A stretch of DNA of 63,967 nucleotides, counting the filler, from Octopus bimaculoides (Eukaryota): assembly GCF_001194135.2 (NCBI RefSeq). It is 10 parts of 10 records of this genome, joined end to end, with 100 filler letters (N's around TTAATTAATTAA, not from the genome) between each part and the next. Parts side by side here need not be neighbours in the genome. Positions count along the whole stretch, not along the records: positions 50,215 to 59,338 come from NC_068991.1; positions 59,439 to 61,165 come from NC_069006.1; positions 61,266 to 62,839 come from NC_068981.1; positions 62,940 to 63,967 come from NW_026310371.1; 6 more parts are not named here. One strand, written 5' to 3'. The position numbers and the translations under genes are program-made. Under the pieces are notes generated by a model. That model saw only the letters and a list, made by a program, of their open reading frames with translations. It was not told the DNA's origin and ran no database searches. Shown here one piece after another: positions 50,546-63,967 of the stretch (positions are counted from its first letter, which is position 1; every line of letters starts with the position of its first letter).

Positions 50546-51771
50546 ACTCCATTTTGTAAACATTAATTATACTAGTATAACTTTACCTTAATAGTGTATT
50601 CTTTCTGGAGATGCGAAGTACTATTACTTACAAATATGACTCAAGCCAATTCTGACCACAATAGCTTGAACGTCTTTTTTTTTGAATAGTAACATATTTT
50701 AAAACATATATAAACAGAAAGATACAAAACATGATAACACATCAACATACCTAGTTCTAAGCAGTTCCATGACATTAACAAATGAAGTGTATAAGCATGT
50801 ACCAGATTCAGTACATGTGCATGATAACGATCTGGTGACACCTATCTGATACCTGCAGGTCCAACATGACAAGGAAATGAACATTCAATCAAAGAGTGGA
50901 AAGCAAATGCTACTATACTAATTGATAAATCAATCATCAAATCTTTCCAAAACATTGTCAAAATAGCAGAGGCGTGTCTGTCAAACTACAATGGAATTGG
51001 ATTTAGAATATTCAATGCGTGGCACATGAAAGCATAAAACAACATTCAGTAAAAACCGGGCGCTGATTATGATGAAATATCTGAACAAAATGATATGAAA
51101 CATACCAAGTCTAGCAAAATTGAGCCCATTCCAAAGCACGGTTCAGCTGGTTACAGTTCAAGATTGTAGGTAAGTCACTTTAATGTTGATAGCAAACAGT
51201 AAACAATCACCACTGAATAAAATAAAATGTAAGATTACACATCCGAGAGTAAGATACAGTGAACGCTCAACATATTCTAAACAGCTTTAAACAGGTATTA
51301 TACCAGAAAACATACACCACACACTCTACACAATCTCAAGTTGATATTGAAATACAGAGTACATACGACTGATAAGCATGATGCCATAAAATCACAACGC
51401 TCATAGCATGTAATCTCCACAGCGGGAAACCAATGCAACTGTACATAAAATTAGTAAGAAGAAACCAAAATCCTAGAAAGAGTAAAGCAAATGTAATATA
51501 CAAACACAGGGGCACACTGCTAGTAGACAATGCTGTACCAACACAGTGCAAGTTTGAGGGGAGGGGGATGATTAAGATACATTAACTGCAGTACTTGACT
51601 GGGGCTTGTTTTATCGTCCCCCAAAACTATGGAAGCCAAAGTCGAATTTGCTGCGCAATTTCAACTCAAAACGCAGTGCAGGAAGAAATGACGCTAGTGC
51701 GCAAAAAACAACTCGACCAGCGCTTTACCCTAATAACACTGAAGATGATTATGATGATGATGATGATGATG

Positions 51772-51840
<69 letters not shown>

Positions 51841-52289
51841 GCCCCAGGCAGTGGCTCTCTTTGCTTCTGATCTTAACTCATTGGAAGTGTTATCATGTAC
51901 ATTGTTTTGTCTTCGTATAAAAGACAAGCGACAGTAAATATTCTGCTTAATACCACAGATTTGCTTGTCAGTTGCTTCACCACAACAATTTGAACATATC
52001 CTTTGGTGGCTAACGGCATGTGCATCACTCATCACGAGCAGAAGTAGTGGGGAGAATCATAGGCATGTGTTGAGAGGAACTGTTTGGGGTTAGGAAAGCG
52101 TTACTCATATAGTAAGTGAATTTAGCAAACTGGCACAGAAAGAATTCAAGAAAAGACGTGACAATATTGGCTTCAAAGCTGAATTGCTGAAACATAATTT
52201 CGGCAATAAACTCGCGCGCAGTCACAGTAATTTGTTATGGCGCAGGAATCCTGAAGTGAACCGAGGAGGAGCTAATGGAGATGGACAGG

Positions 52290-53385
52290 GAGTCTAGAAA
52301 GCTCATAACGATGCATAGAGCCCATCATCTACTGATCGCCTATACACGAAGAAAGCAAATGGAGGAAGCGAACTGATAAGTTTAGAAGATTGAGTGCGTA
52401 TCGAACTCGAGAGCTTAATGAGATACCTAGCCCAAAGTAAGGAAACCTTGCTAGCGATAGTTAGGAACGATGGAGTATTGAGAGCAGAACAAAGGGAAAA
52501 CAAAGGAAGAAGTACAAAAAGGACAAGAAGAAGAATTACGCAAGAGGAACTACAAAATGAATTCCGTGTAGGTAGCCACAACAGAAGTTGCTGGAAAAAG
52601 TAAGTGCGATTGGCTGATGAAAGGAACTCTAACAAAGAGACCAAGAGCATTGTGAAGGCAAGGCAGGACCAAGCTCTGGTAACGAACTGGAGTGTCAACC
52701 TGCGAGATGAGCAAGTGTCTCCGCTGTGCTGCATCTCCACTAGACTGGCTGAAACCATTGCTCTATCGAGAACGAATGCTTTGAACTTGCCCAAAACTAC
52801 TACAATTTATAGCAACACGACCAGGTAGCGAAAGTCCTACATTGGAAATTGTGCGAAAAGTGGGGGCTAGAGAGAAGCAAGACATGGTATGAGTACAAAC
52901 CACAGAGTCGGAAGCTAGCAGAAATCCTCTGGGATTTCCCAATCCAAACAGATCAGATGCTAGAGCATAACAGACTAGACATAGTGGTGGTGGACAAGGT
53001 ACACCACATATGCTATATACTTGATGTTCCATGCCACTTTCATCCTCGAATAGTCAAGAAAGAAGGCGAAAAGGTAGATAGATACAAGCTCCTTATGTAC
53101 GAAATATTTTGGCTGGAAAATGAAACATGTGAAGATAGTGCCAATTATTGTTGGGTCCTTGGGTAGAGTATGAGAAGGTATCAAGAGGAATATAACGGAA
53201 ATTGGAATAAAGTGCCCAGTAGAACTGTTACAAAGGTTTGCCTTCCCTGGCATGGCCAGAATAATCAGGAAAGTATTAGATAGCTGAAAAGAACGAATAG
53301 CATGGTACCGTAGGGTGCAGACAGTAAACCCGTCACGCATGTAAGACTCTAGGAGCTCCAACAAAACCAGTGATAGAGAGAAAAT
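52290..53385 (+). mobile_element. R4/Dong-like RLE non-LTR retrotransposon 3' part
   Basis: HDQVAKVLHWKLCEKWGL..WYEYKP, ILWDFPIQTD..LEHNRLDIVVVDK..ILDV, IIVGSLG; followed by (AAT)n. Confidence 0.85.
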
Positions 53386-53390
53386 AATAA

Positions 53391-53433
<43 letters not shown>

Positions 53434-56112
53434 AATAATATGAAGAAGAAGAAAAAGAAGATGATCAGAAAGAGGGAAAAGTAGAAGAAGAAGAAGAAGA
53501 AGAAGAAGAAGAAGAAGAAGAAGAAGAAGAAGAAGAAGAAGAAGAAGAAGACGAAGAAAGAAAAAGAAGCAGTAGAAAAAGAAGATAATGATAATCAGGA
53601 TGAATTTCTTAATTCGATATTTCGACATATAAATCTACACACATACATACGATGTTGTATCGCAGTCTCTTGTCCGTGAACGTCTTTTCATCCTGCGGAG
53701 ACGAATCTTTTGTAGCTATTTTACATATCTGTATTTTCTCATGTTAACTATCTAATTCTCGTCAGTTTCTATCATTACCTTGAGAATAGTCTGTCATTTC
53801 TTTCCAGTCTTCAGTAGCTTGCCATAGATGCCCAATAAACACAAGCAACCTAACTTTCATAAGCGAAGTACAAAACAACAACGAATGGGAATATAAAGGA
53901 ACATGCAGCGATGTTTCACTCGGAAATAGTAGTCACGAAGTTTGCCAATTGAATATAATTTCATTTTTCAATAATGCCCCATACGGCTTCAGTAGCTGTT
54001 TTCAAATAGTCCACGCACTTTTGAGAAAATATAAAATGAATAAATAACCGAAACTGTATGCACTTCATCACCTTCTATTAAATAAAGCAAATCTTTTCAA
54101 AATTGCCCAAGATATTGTTTTCTCTACCGTACGATCTCGGTATTACTTGTGTTGCATGTTCTTAGATTACTTACACTACTTACACCAGAAATTATAAAAA
54201 TCCTCCGGCCATAACAAAAAAAAAGACAATATCTATTTAAAATTGGAAATATGTTGACGAAGACGCAAGCATGGTTGTATGGTTAAGAATTCCACTTCGC
54301 AAAAGTGGTTTCGTGATCAGTCCCACAGCATGGCATTAACGATTCAGCAACAGAATGGGGCCTACCAAATAAATGAATATGAGAAACTGAAACTGAAACA
54401 CCCCCCCCCCACACACACACACTCACACACACACACATACACACACCCACGTGTGCGTGCGTGTGTGTGTATGTGTGCCTGCGTGTGTGTGCACGTGTGT
54501 GTTTGTGAGTGTGTGTGTTTGTGAGTGTGTGTGTTTGTGTTTGTTTAACACAAACGCAGTTTAACAATCGGTTATGTCTGTTAGCATCTGCTTACATAGC
54601 AGTTCGTCAAAAACATACGACAGGTAATGTATCGGTTCTAAGATTTGTACCAAGGTAAACTTGTTCGGCTAAATCTTTGAAGGCAATAGTCCAGCATGGT
54701 TGCAGTGCATTGAATTGAAAGTAAATAGAAACGAAATAATAAAAACACTTCGAACATTGCAGAAATGATAGTAGATTTGTGAATATTCTAGTGCTGTCGT
54801 TTAAGAAGGAATCATGTGATACCATTCTTGAATATCCAAAAAGTTATAAGCGCAAAGAATTCGAGAATGTCATTTCCACAGACAACACTCTATAAGGATC
54901 TAGAAGCTTAAGATATACAGGTTAGATGACACAGCTTCCAAACAAATACCTAGAGAATTTGAAAGCTATGTTCACTGCCAAACGAAAATTCTAATTTCAT
55001 ATAAAGGAATGAAGTCACCGAGGAGCATTGACAATATTTTCCAAGAAATACACGTCATAAAACAAGATAGGAAATAAAGCGAAAGTTTCCAGATATGATA
55101 TCAGTAAATATTGAAGGACAATAAACTAGCAAAGTATCATACAACGTATATATTGAAGTTCTTTCTTGCTGGAAAAGCTTGCATTAAATTTCCTTGAGAA
55201 GTAAATACAAGTGATAGAAATGGGAGCTTTAAAAGAGAAACATACACCCGCTGCGTATAGGGTAAGTAGAGCTGTTTGCTGTTGAAATAATGGTTGAAAC
55301 AAGAAACATTAAAAGGGATCACGTTTGGGAAAAATACGTCGTGGTTAAAGAATTCAAATAGTGTAAGTGACACCTAAACTGAAACACAGCAATGGCATCT
55401 TCAAACAATGTTACTCAGAAATCTTAAAATTCAGAACAATCGTAATCTTAAAATAACAATTACGATATTGACAAAAGAATCTATTAGCTTAACAGGTGAA
55501 ATATTATTCGTGAAGAAGACAAAAAAATGTATTGAAACAAAACAAAATTATTTCAAGAGAAAAACTTTAAGATTATAGAAAAAAAAAACAACTATTAATA
55601 GGACTACAAACGGAAAGTTTCAAACATATTTTAGGAATATGAAAATGAATTAATGTAGCGAACAAATGAAAATTATATCATATGCCACGATAAGAATAGG
55701 GTGATTTCACAGTGGAACATATACTGGATGCCATGATAGGTAAAAGAAATCGAACACCAACCGGCAAAAATGTGTAAGAGAGGCGCAATTATAATAAACT
55801 GCTCCTTGCATGAAATTTAAGTCGTAGAAGACTCATATATGAAACAAGGAGAATATGTTTATAAGTAGCATGAATATTAAAAGAAATTACTTGTATGACA
55901 TTGTTTTAAAGAATTCATGGATAGTTGAGACAATGATGATATATAAATTCCGTGGTATGTGGTTAGAAGTTTGCTTTCCAGCCCCAGGACAAGTGTCTTC
56001 TAACATAGCCTCAGGCCGACCAAAACCTTGTGAGCCGACTTCTTTGATGGAAACTGAAAGAAGCATGTTGTATATTTATATAATTTAATGATTATTTCTC
56101 TCTCTTTTTCAG

Positions 56113-57206
56113 ATCGTAGTATAAATTAAGCTGACATGCGTGACCTCACTGAGTTCGAATAGCGCAAATGGTTGGTGCTCGAATGGCCGGAGCTGCCGTC
56201 ACCAGAACAGCTCAGCTTGGTTGCTCGAGAGCTACTATATCAAGGAACATGAGTGAGTTTGAGAAGCAAGTTAAAAGCTCAAGTAGGAGCAATAAGTCTG
56301 GCAGGACTTCCAAGTTCACTGAAAGAAACTGACGAATGTTGAATCGCACTGTGATTAAAAATCACCAGACAACTGCCTCTACAATGACTACAAGGTTGAA
56401 TCAACATCTGACTGGTCCAGTTTCGACCAAAACTGTTTGCTGTGAAACTGGATATCGTGGAAGAGCCGCTATCAAGAAATCTCTGCTTTCTCATCAAAAC
56501 ATTCAGAATGGCTGAACTAGTGCAGAGATCACGAGGACTGGTCGATAGACCGATGGAAGCAAATAATATTCTCCGACAAGTCCATTGATTCTCGTTTCCG
56601 CAGTGCAGGGCGAATTTATGTGTGGAGGCAGCCCGGAAAGCTTTTAATCCTGACTGCCTTCTTCCTACAGTGAAGCACGGTGGAGGGTCTGCAATGGTTT
56701 TGGCAGCCATTTCTTGGAATTCTCTTGGTCGAATCATTTCCCTGCATGGTAGAATCAGCAGCAGTGATTATGTGAATATTTTGGGAAATCATGTTATTCC
56801 CATTGTCCAGACATTATTCCTTGATGGTGAGTGTAGCTTCCAGGTTGATAATGCTACAATACATACACCTCTCATGTGGTTAAGAATTGGTATGAAGAGC
56901 ATAGTTGTGAGCTACAACACATAGAGTGACTCCCTCAATCTCCAGACCGTAATATTATTGAACACCTTTGGTGCATCTTGGAGCGACAAGTTAGATGTAG
57001 TTACACTCCACCGTCGTGCTTGCAACAGCTGAAGCAAGTTTTCCAGGAAGAATAACTCACAATTCCTCTCAATGAAGTCAGGAAGCTGTATAAATCAATT
57101 CCTAGACGGATCGAAGCTGTTGAGAAAGCGAAAGGAGGACGAACTCCATATTAAATAAATATTCATTGAATTTAACACGTGTTCCGATTAATTTGCCCAA
57201 CCCCTG
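56113..57206 (+). mobile_element. Tc1-family DNA transposon, transposase pseudogene (about 56136-57154) with right TIR
   Basis: MRDLTEFE..QMVGARMAGA..TAQ (HTH), IFSDKS, TVKHGGGSAMV, FQVDNATIH, QSPDRNIIEHLW, AKGGRTPY*. Right end ..TTTGCCCAACCCCTG|TA. No left TIR seen. Confidence 0.9.
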
Positions 57207-60200
57207 TATATATGTATATATGTATGTGTGCCTGTGCTTGTCCCACCGCCATCGCTTGACAACCGACACTGGTGTGTTTATGTACCCGTAACTTAGCGGT
57301 TCGGTAAAAGAGAGGCTAGAATAAATACTAATCTTACAAAGAATAAGTCGTGTAGTCGATTTCTTCGACTAATACATTTTAAGGCGGTGCTCCAGCTTGA
57401 CCGCAGTCAAATGACTGAAACAAGTAAATGAATAGGCACAAGGCCTGAGTTTCAGTGGAAATGACAATACTAGTCAATTAAATCGGCCCCTCTATGTAAC
57501 TAGTGCTCATTTCATCGACCCCGAAAGGATGAAAGGCAAAGTCAATCACGACAGAATTCGAACTCTGATAGAAAAGACAGACGAAATGCTGCTAAGCATT
57601 CTGCCCGGCACGATAATGATTCTGCCAAGTCTCCGCCTTTCGAATGTATATAAATTTTTACCAAATATTATTAGGTCATGAAAACAAGAAAATCAATATG
57701 GGAAAATGACTGTTAGGATACATGGCACCAAATGTGACCTAAAACTTATATAGACTTCTATTTCCTGTTCTGTATCAGAAATACAGCGGTATTGTTAAGA
57801 TTTTCTTGATAACTAGAGCGATTTAGAAACCTCACACAGTCCAGTATGTAAAGAAAGAAATGATTAAAAGACTAGCACCATCATCTTTACCATTAATGTA
57901 GAATCAATTTTTTTCTTCTGTCCTTTCTTTATATCGTTATTGTCCCTGGTGTATACATGGCAATCTCCAGTCTCCATTTCTTCTTCACCACTGAAAGTCG
58001 TTTGGAATGGTTCAGCTGACGGATTTTCTAATTCGTACACTGCTGGTGAACTAAACCTATAAGGCCCCTAATGCATCAATTTTGAAGTGGGAATATTTAT
58101 GTATGAGGCGATTCAAGTCCTTTGTATTTCCATTATAGTTATTCCTATGGCTGTAATTTATACTGATTTCTGAAAACACAATGTTGCATCTACGAGCATG
58201 AAATCTGTTGTCGCATTTTAGGCTCAGATTGTGGTTATTCGTTATGGTTTCCTTTGAATTCTAACTTCTATGCAGAATACTTGAAGTGCTAGTTACCTCT
58301 GTGTATGAAACGTTCTGATTGAGCATTAAGTCTGAATGATATTCGTGTACATATAACTCAGGATAGAATTCTGAATATCCGGAGCCATCAAACCAGATCA
58401 TTATGTAGGGTCCACAAAACAACATTTTTATAAGATACCTTCACCTGTTCTTAACTGCAGATTTAACAATAAGACAAGTATCAAAATAATGCCAATATAT
58501 CTGGCTGTGATACTTGTATTGTGCAGTAAACCAAACAACCCTGTGGCCATACGAATCACCAACTCTGTATGGTGTCACAGCTCATAATCTATCTCAAACA
58601 CTATTTACTTGCTTCATTGTACATTGATTCAGTCAAGGCCTCCTGCCACGAACCAAGTAAAGCTGCTTCAACCCCTATTCCACAGGCATATTTCTAAAGA
58701 AATGTACGCCACAATACTTTTATATTACTCTCGTTCAAATCCCACGGAATTTAAAATCAAATAGTAAAAAAATATAACAAAATATTATTTATTTTAGTAG
58801 CTTGCCAATTATACGAAATAAACCTTTGGCTACATTTTTTTCCGTGAGAAGGTAAACAGTCAATATTATAGATCTCCATTAAGATTTGCTATTTGTTTTA
58901 TTAAAACCAGAAGCAAGAATCGCTAGATGGATCGCGTCGAAATTTCGAATCACCATCTTACGAACTGAAACTTACGATTCCAATGAACATTACATGACAT
59001 CCAACTGACTTTGATGAAGCGATTAAACATATGATAGTCTTTCTATCTCTCTTATATAAAACATTTTGTACAGTCCCATATACTTTTACTATAGATTGTA
59101 ATCAATAAAGATTATTGTCTACGTGGATTTGATCGATTGCATAACAAATGAAATTAGAATCAAGCAATGGCAATTCATTAAACTGTGCATTACATCTTCT
59201 GAGATGGCTACACACATACAGGTGCGAATATATTCATACGCACACACAAAGATAATTCTATAACTGCTCCCAGTTGGTTGTAACTTTGAAACAATTTTAT
59301 GTGTGTGTGTCTATATGTATGTATATATGTATGTATATNNNNNNNNNNNNNNNNNNNNNNNNNNNNNNNNNNNNNNNNNNNNTTAATTAATTAANNNNNN
59401 NNNNNNNNNNNNNNNNNNNNNNNNNNNNNNNNNNNNNNGATTTTACGGAGAGTTGCTTGGAGATGGTAATTCTAAACGGAATGCTAAATAAGACTAATAA
59501 ATTAATAATCAAAGAAGAAGAAGAAGAAGAAGAAGAAGAAATGGAAGAAGAAGAAGAAGAAGAAGAAGAAGAAGAAGAAGAAGAAGAAGAAGAAGAAGAA
59601 GAAGAAGAAGAAGAAGAAAACGGAGAAGGAGAAGAAGATTGATTTGATTAATCAATTAATCAAGGCGTCATTCGGAAGTTAGACTGAAGAGGTTTTTAAT
59701 TAAAAAGATGGCGAAGAGTCACGAATGACGGTGATGATCGTTAAGATATTGATGATGATGATGATAATGAAGATCCCTGTGATGATAGAGAGAATTATGG
59801 TAACGAGGAAGAGGATGGGGGAAGGGGAAGAACTGGAGAAGATGAGGAGGGGGAACAGGAAGAGGAGAAAGAAGACGGTGACGATGACAATGATGGTGAT
59901 GGTGATGGTGATCGTAATGGCGACAACGACGACGAGGAGGAGGTGGAGGAGGAGGAGGATGGTGGTGATGATGGCGGTGATTACGATAATGAGAATAATT
60001 GTAATGATTAATTTCAACAGTATTGCAAATTTACAAGGTTTTGGGGGGTTAGAAGTGGGCTGCCAGAGAGAGAGAGATTCGTCGAATAAATCAATGCTGA
60101 GTACTTAACGGTTTATCGGCACCGGAAGACCGAAAGGGAAAGTTGACTTCGAGTTTTTAGCATAGGCGCGTGACGAATGTATTAGTGAATACCACGGGCC

Positions 60201-62803
60201 CCAGTACACGAATAGTATTTCAACGATCCCAAAAGCATAAAAGGCAAAGTTAACCTCAGTCGGATTTGAACTCATAACGTTGAGCTTTACTGATTTTGCC
60301 AGCTCGTCGCCTTTTAATGATTCTTTCTAATTTGGGTACAAAGCTAGCAATTTTGAGGGGAGGGGCTGGTCAATACTATCGAACCCAGTACTTGGCAGAT
60401 GCTTTATTTTATCGATCCCAATCAGGTGAAAGATAAAGCTGACCTCTTCGGGATTTGTACGTAAAGAGCCGAAAGAAATGTCACTAAGTATTTTGTTCGA
60501 CGCACTAATGCTTCCATCAGTAGCCGCCTTAATAATTCTTTCTGCTATAAGCACAAGGCCTGAAACGTTGTTGGCAGGAGCTAATCGATGACATCGATCC
60601 CAGTAATCCCAGATTTTCTCATCTAAATGAACGTGTATGTGTGAATGTATTTTCATGTGTTTGTCTGTGTGTGCGTGAGTGTGTGCGTGCATGCATGAAT
60701 ATAAACGTGGCATTCGCATACATATATATAACACACACACATATATAGGCGAAATTGTTTCAGGGTTCGAAAATGCACCTCAGTCTCAAAGCGTGTAGTG
60801 GTTTTTAAGTTTTGGCAAACCTTTATTCAAATACCAAACCGGTTTCGACAATTCTTTGCTTATCAATGGGAAATATATATAAACAGGAAACCGCACATAC
60901 ACACACACAGATATACAGATGCATACACACACACACACATACACACACAACCACAATTCTACCTATTCGTCAATCAACATGCAGAAGTAGGTATATATCA
61001 ATGTGAGTATGTGTTCGTGTGTTTGTGTGTATAAATATATATATTTCCCCAGCATGGTCACAGTCCAGTGAATGAAAGCAGTAAATGCAGACTTATCTAT
61101 TGATGTGAACATTATTTAAAGATCATTAATGATTCATAACTTCAGATTTCATGCCGTTGGTTGCANNNNNNNNNNNNNNNNNNNNNNNNNNNNNNNNNNN
61201 NNNNNNNNNTTAATTAATTAANNNNNNNNNNNNNNNNNNNNNNNNNNNNNNNNNNNNNNNNNNNNTATATATATAATATATATCTGAAAGTAAAATATAA
61301 TCTTGCTTGCTTGCTATGTTACACAGACAAACAGGAGCATCATAGGTAAATAATATGAATTACGTTCCACCGGAAATGGGAATACAAATGAAACAAAGCA
61401 GGATACGCGTAAATCGGACAACGGGTTCTTGGGGTGTTTGTGGTTTTATGGTATATATACCCAAATCGCTGCATGTTGGGGAATACTCCGAAAACAACTT
61501 AATCCTGAAAGGGAAGAAATTCTAAACTTTGGATTAGATACCTTAGTGATTTTAACTTAATACTGAAAATATACAAATTGTTTTGTACAATAAATGTTTG
61601 TATTCTTGCTTTTGTTGAATTATATTTTAATCATATAATAATATTTTTGAGTGAGTGTGATTTCAGAAATGTAAGTTGATTGTACAGTAAGCTTTTTATA
61701 TTTTACCATTCTTTAAACAGATAATATTTTAATGTTTTTAAAAATTGTTTTCAAGGAATACATTTACAAAATTTTATTCTTTTTTTTTGCGTATTTAAAA
61801 ATATTTTAAAATGAAAATTACTTTAGAATTATGGTAACTATTTCGTAAGAGACCCGTTCGTAGCCACGGTGCCAATTTTTTTTTTTCCATTGGATTTTTG
61901 TGAGTGCATTCGACGTATCTCACCTCCAAAGAATTGGCTGCTATTTCTAGCGTACCCTGCAACCATGTAACAACTATTGCGATAAAGGACCCGAAATGGC
62001 TGTTAGATGGTCGAGGGGCGTGTAAGAAATTGCCGCCAAATCTTTCTTTTTCTAGGGAAAGGTGCCGTGACTAGTCAAATCAAAGACAGAAAGAGAGAAT
62101 GAGAGGAAAAGGTGGAGAAGCAAAAGGGTGGGAGACAAAAAAGCAACGAAGAAAGAGGGCGTATTAGCTAGTGGCCAGAACAGAGTAATAGGAGGAAGGG
62201 AGAGGTGAGAAGGGAGAGAGGAAAAGATGAGCGGGCAAGGAGTAAAAGAGTGTTAGGTATGTTTCTAGGGGTGGTGTAATAAAGCAGTATTAAGGGATGG
62301 GTGCCGAAATTGTAGAGAGAAGGTAAGGGTGGGGGGAAATGTAAGTGTGTATTGGTTTTGGTATCAAAAATTGAGGTGGAATGAAGAATATAAAGGAGTG
62401 AAACGTGCTATAAATACCCATGTATGGTAGGTTAGTAGGAAAAGAAATATAGAATGTATGTGTGAATATGTATACATACATACGTAGCCACACATGGATA
62501 TATACATTTAAATACTTCAATACATACACACGTATAAGGCTCATGTAACTTCACGCGCATTTACACACATGCATACTTATTTGTATCCATTTTTGTATAT
62601 ATAAAAACGCATGCATACAGACACACACACGCATATACTCATGTATGTGTATATATACTCACACGCACGCACACACACACACACACAACACGGGCACGTA
62701 GGTGTACATATATATATATATTTATATACCCACATACAAATCGCTACTTATATAAAATATTTATACACGTGCTCATATATACTCACATGTACCCGTTTGC
62801 ATC

Positions 62804-62839
<36 letters not shown>

Positions 62840-63261
62840 NNNNNNNNNNNNNNNNNNNNNNNNNNNNNNNNNNNNNNNNNNNNTTAATTAATTAANNNNN
62901 NNNNNNNNNNNNNNNNNNNNNNNNNNNNNNNNNNNNNNNTATATGCATGTATATGCATATATGTAGATGTAGATATATGCATATGTATATACCTATGTAT
63001 ACAAACCTAGTAATTATTCTTGTGGCAATTGGCACTCTTTGTATAACAGCCAAACTACTACCATGGAGGCTGAAGGTCATTGGAATTGAGACTCACATCG
63101 TTGGTCTGCAAGAAAGTAGAATATTGTATTCTGTAAGAATTTTAAGAAAGATTCTTGACAATTGAGGAGACCTGTTGTCGTCAAACCTCAAAATAAGATT
63201 CCTACTAACTTATATTGCATGTAATGGTTTGATGATGATGATGATAATAATAATAATAATG

Positions 63262-63319
<58 letters not shown>

Positions 63320-63320
63320 C

Positions 63321-63356
<36 letters not shown>

Positions 63357-63469
63357 CTACATGATAATAACCTTCTAACCTACATGAACTTCTAACTTGT
63401 TGTCTCTTGAGGTCTCTGGGTGAGACTTGGATCCAACTTGTACAAATGCAAAACAAAAGTCAAACATAA

Positions 63470-63528
<59 letters not shown>

Positions 63529-63529
63529 T

Positions 63530-63925
63530 TGTGTAACTAAAGAAAAATTTAGACAAGAAATGAACAAAAAGAAAGAAAAAGCATGGAAGGAAAAGAAAAT
63601 GTACAGTCAGTTTGCAAGATTGATACAGAGGACAATTTGAAGTGGGAAATACGGAGGTTGTGGTCAATGAGGAGAGTAGACGTGATACCAATAGTAATCG
63701 GTGCACTTGGAAGTATCAGCACTCAACTACCAACAAGGCTGAAAAAGCTTGGTGCATGTATGAAGGTAGAACGCCTACAAAAACCAGCATTGCTTGGAAC
63801 TGCAAGAATAATTCGCAGGGTTCTTGAAGTATGACCAGTAAACAAGTGTCACCTTAGTCTGCTGGCTGTGGACAGCTGACTCTTTCCATCATACCCAGCA
63901 AAAGAAGCTGTAAGGTTTCATATAA
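63530..63925 (+). mobile_element. Short, internally deleted R4/Dong-like 3' fragment flanked by (TAA)n
   Basis: AWKEKKMYSQFAR joined to LKWEIRRLW..VDVIPIVIGALG..LQKPALLGTARIIRRVLEV*. Confidence 0.8.
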
Positions 63926-63933
63926 TAATAATA

Positions 63934-63967
<34 letters not shown>

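Noticed and set aside
51050-51176. Hydrophilic short frame ending TAG|GTAAGT
   Set aside because: Bounded by stops with no usable acceptor.

Overview
AT-rich eukaryotic (not prokaryotic) genomic scaffold, dense in microsatellites and retroelements, with many N gaps. The repeat landscape (tRNA-derived CORE-like SINEs, RTE/CR1/R4/Penelope relics, abundant di- to tetranucleotide repeats) suggests an octopus/cephalopod genome; this is inference, no search was run. Only one host coding exon is recognisable: 49010-49140 (+), from the C-lobe of a TGF-beta/BMP type I receptor Ser/Thr kinase. Most ORF-track entries are microsatellite, gap or transposon artefacts. Best second-look item: a ~465-bp foldback at 26088-26552 carrying two head-to-head minimal type I hammerhead ribozyme motifs of the Penelope-LTR/retrozyme kind, 3 kb from a Penelope RT relic. 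Other highlights: a strong candidate recursive splice site (YnCAG|GTAAGT, 38921/38922), a gapless 91-bp hairpin whose only non-canonical pairs are G.U and A.C (45367-45570), an intronic segment complementary to the kinase exon (possible ADAR guide), a CR1-like LINE whose ORF1 region has Myb/SANT-like and CCCH domains and whose 3' tail is shared with the dominant SINE, and R4/Dong-like elements inside (TAA)n arrays. Coordinates of degenerate repeats are approximate.
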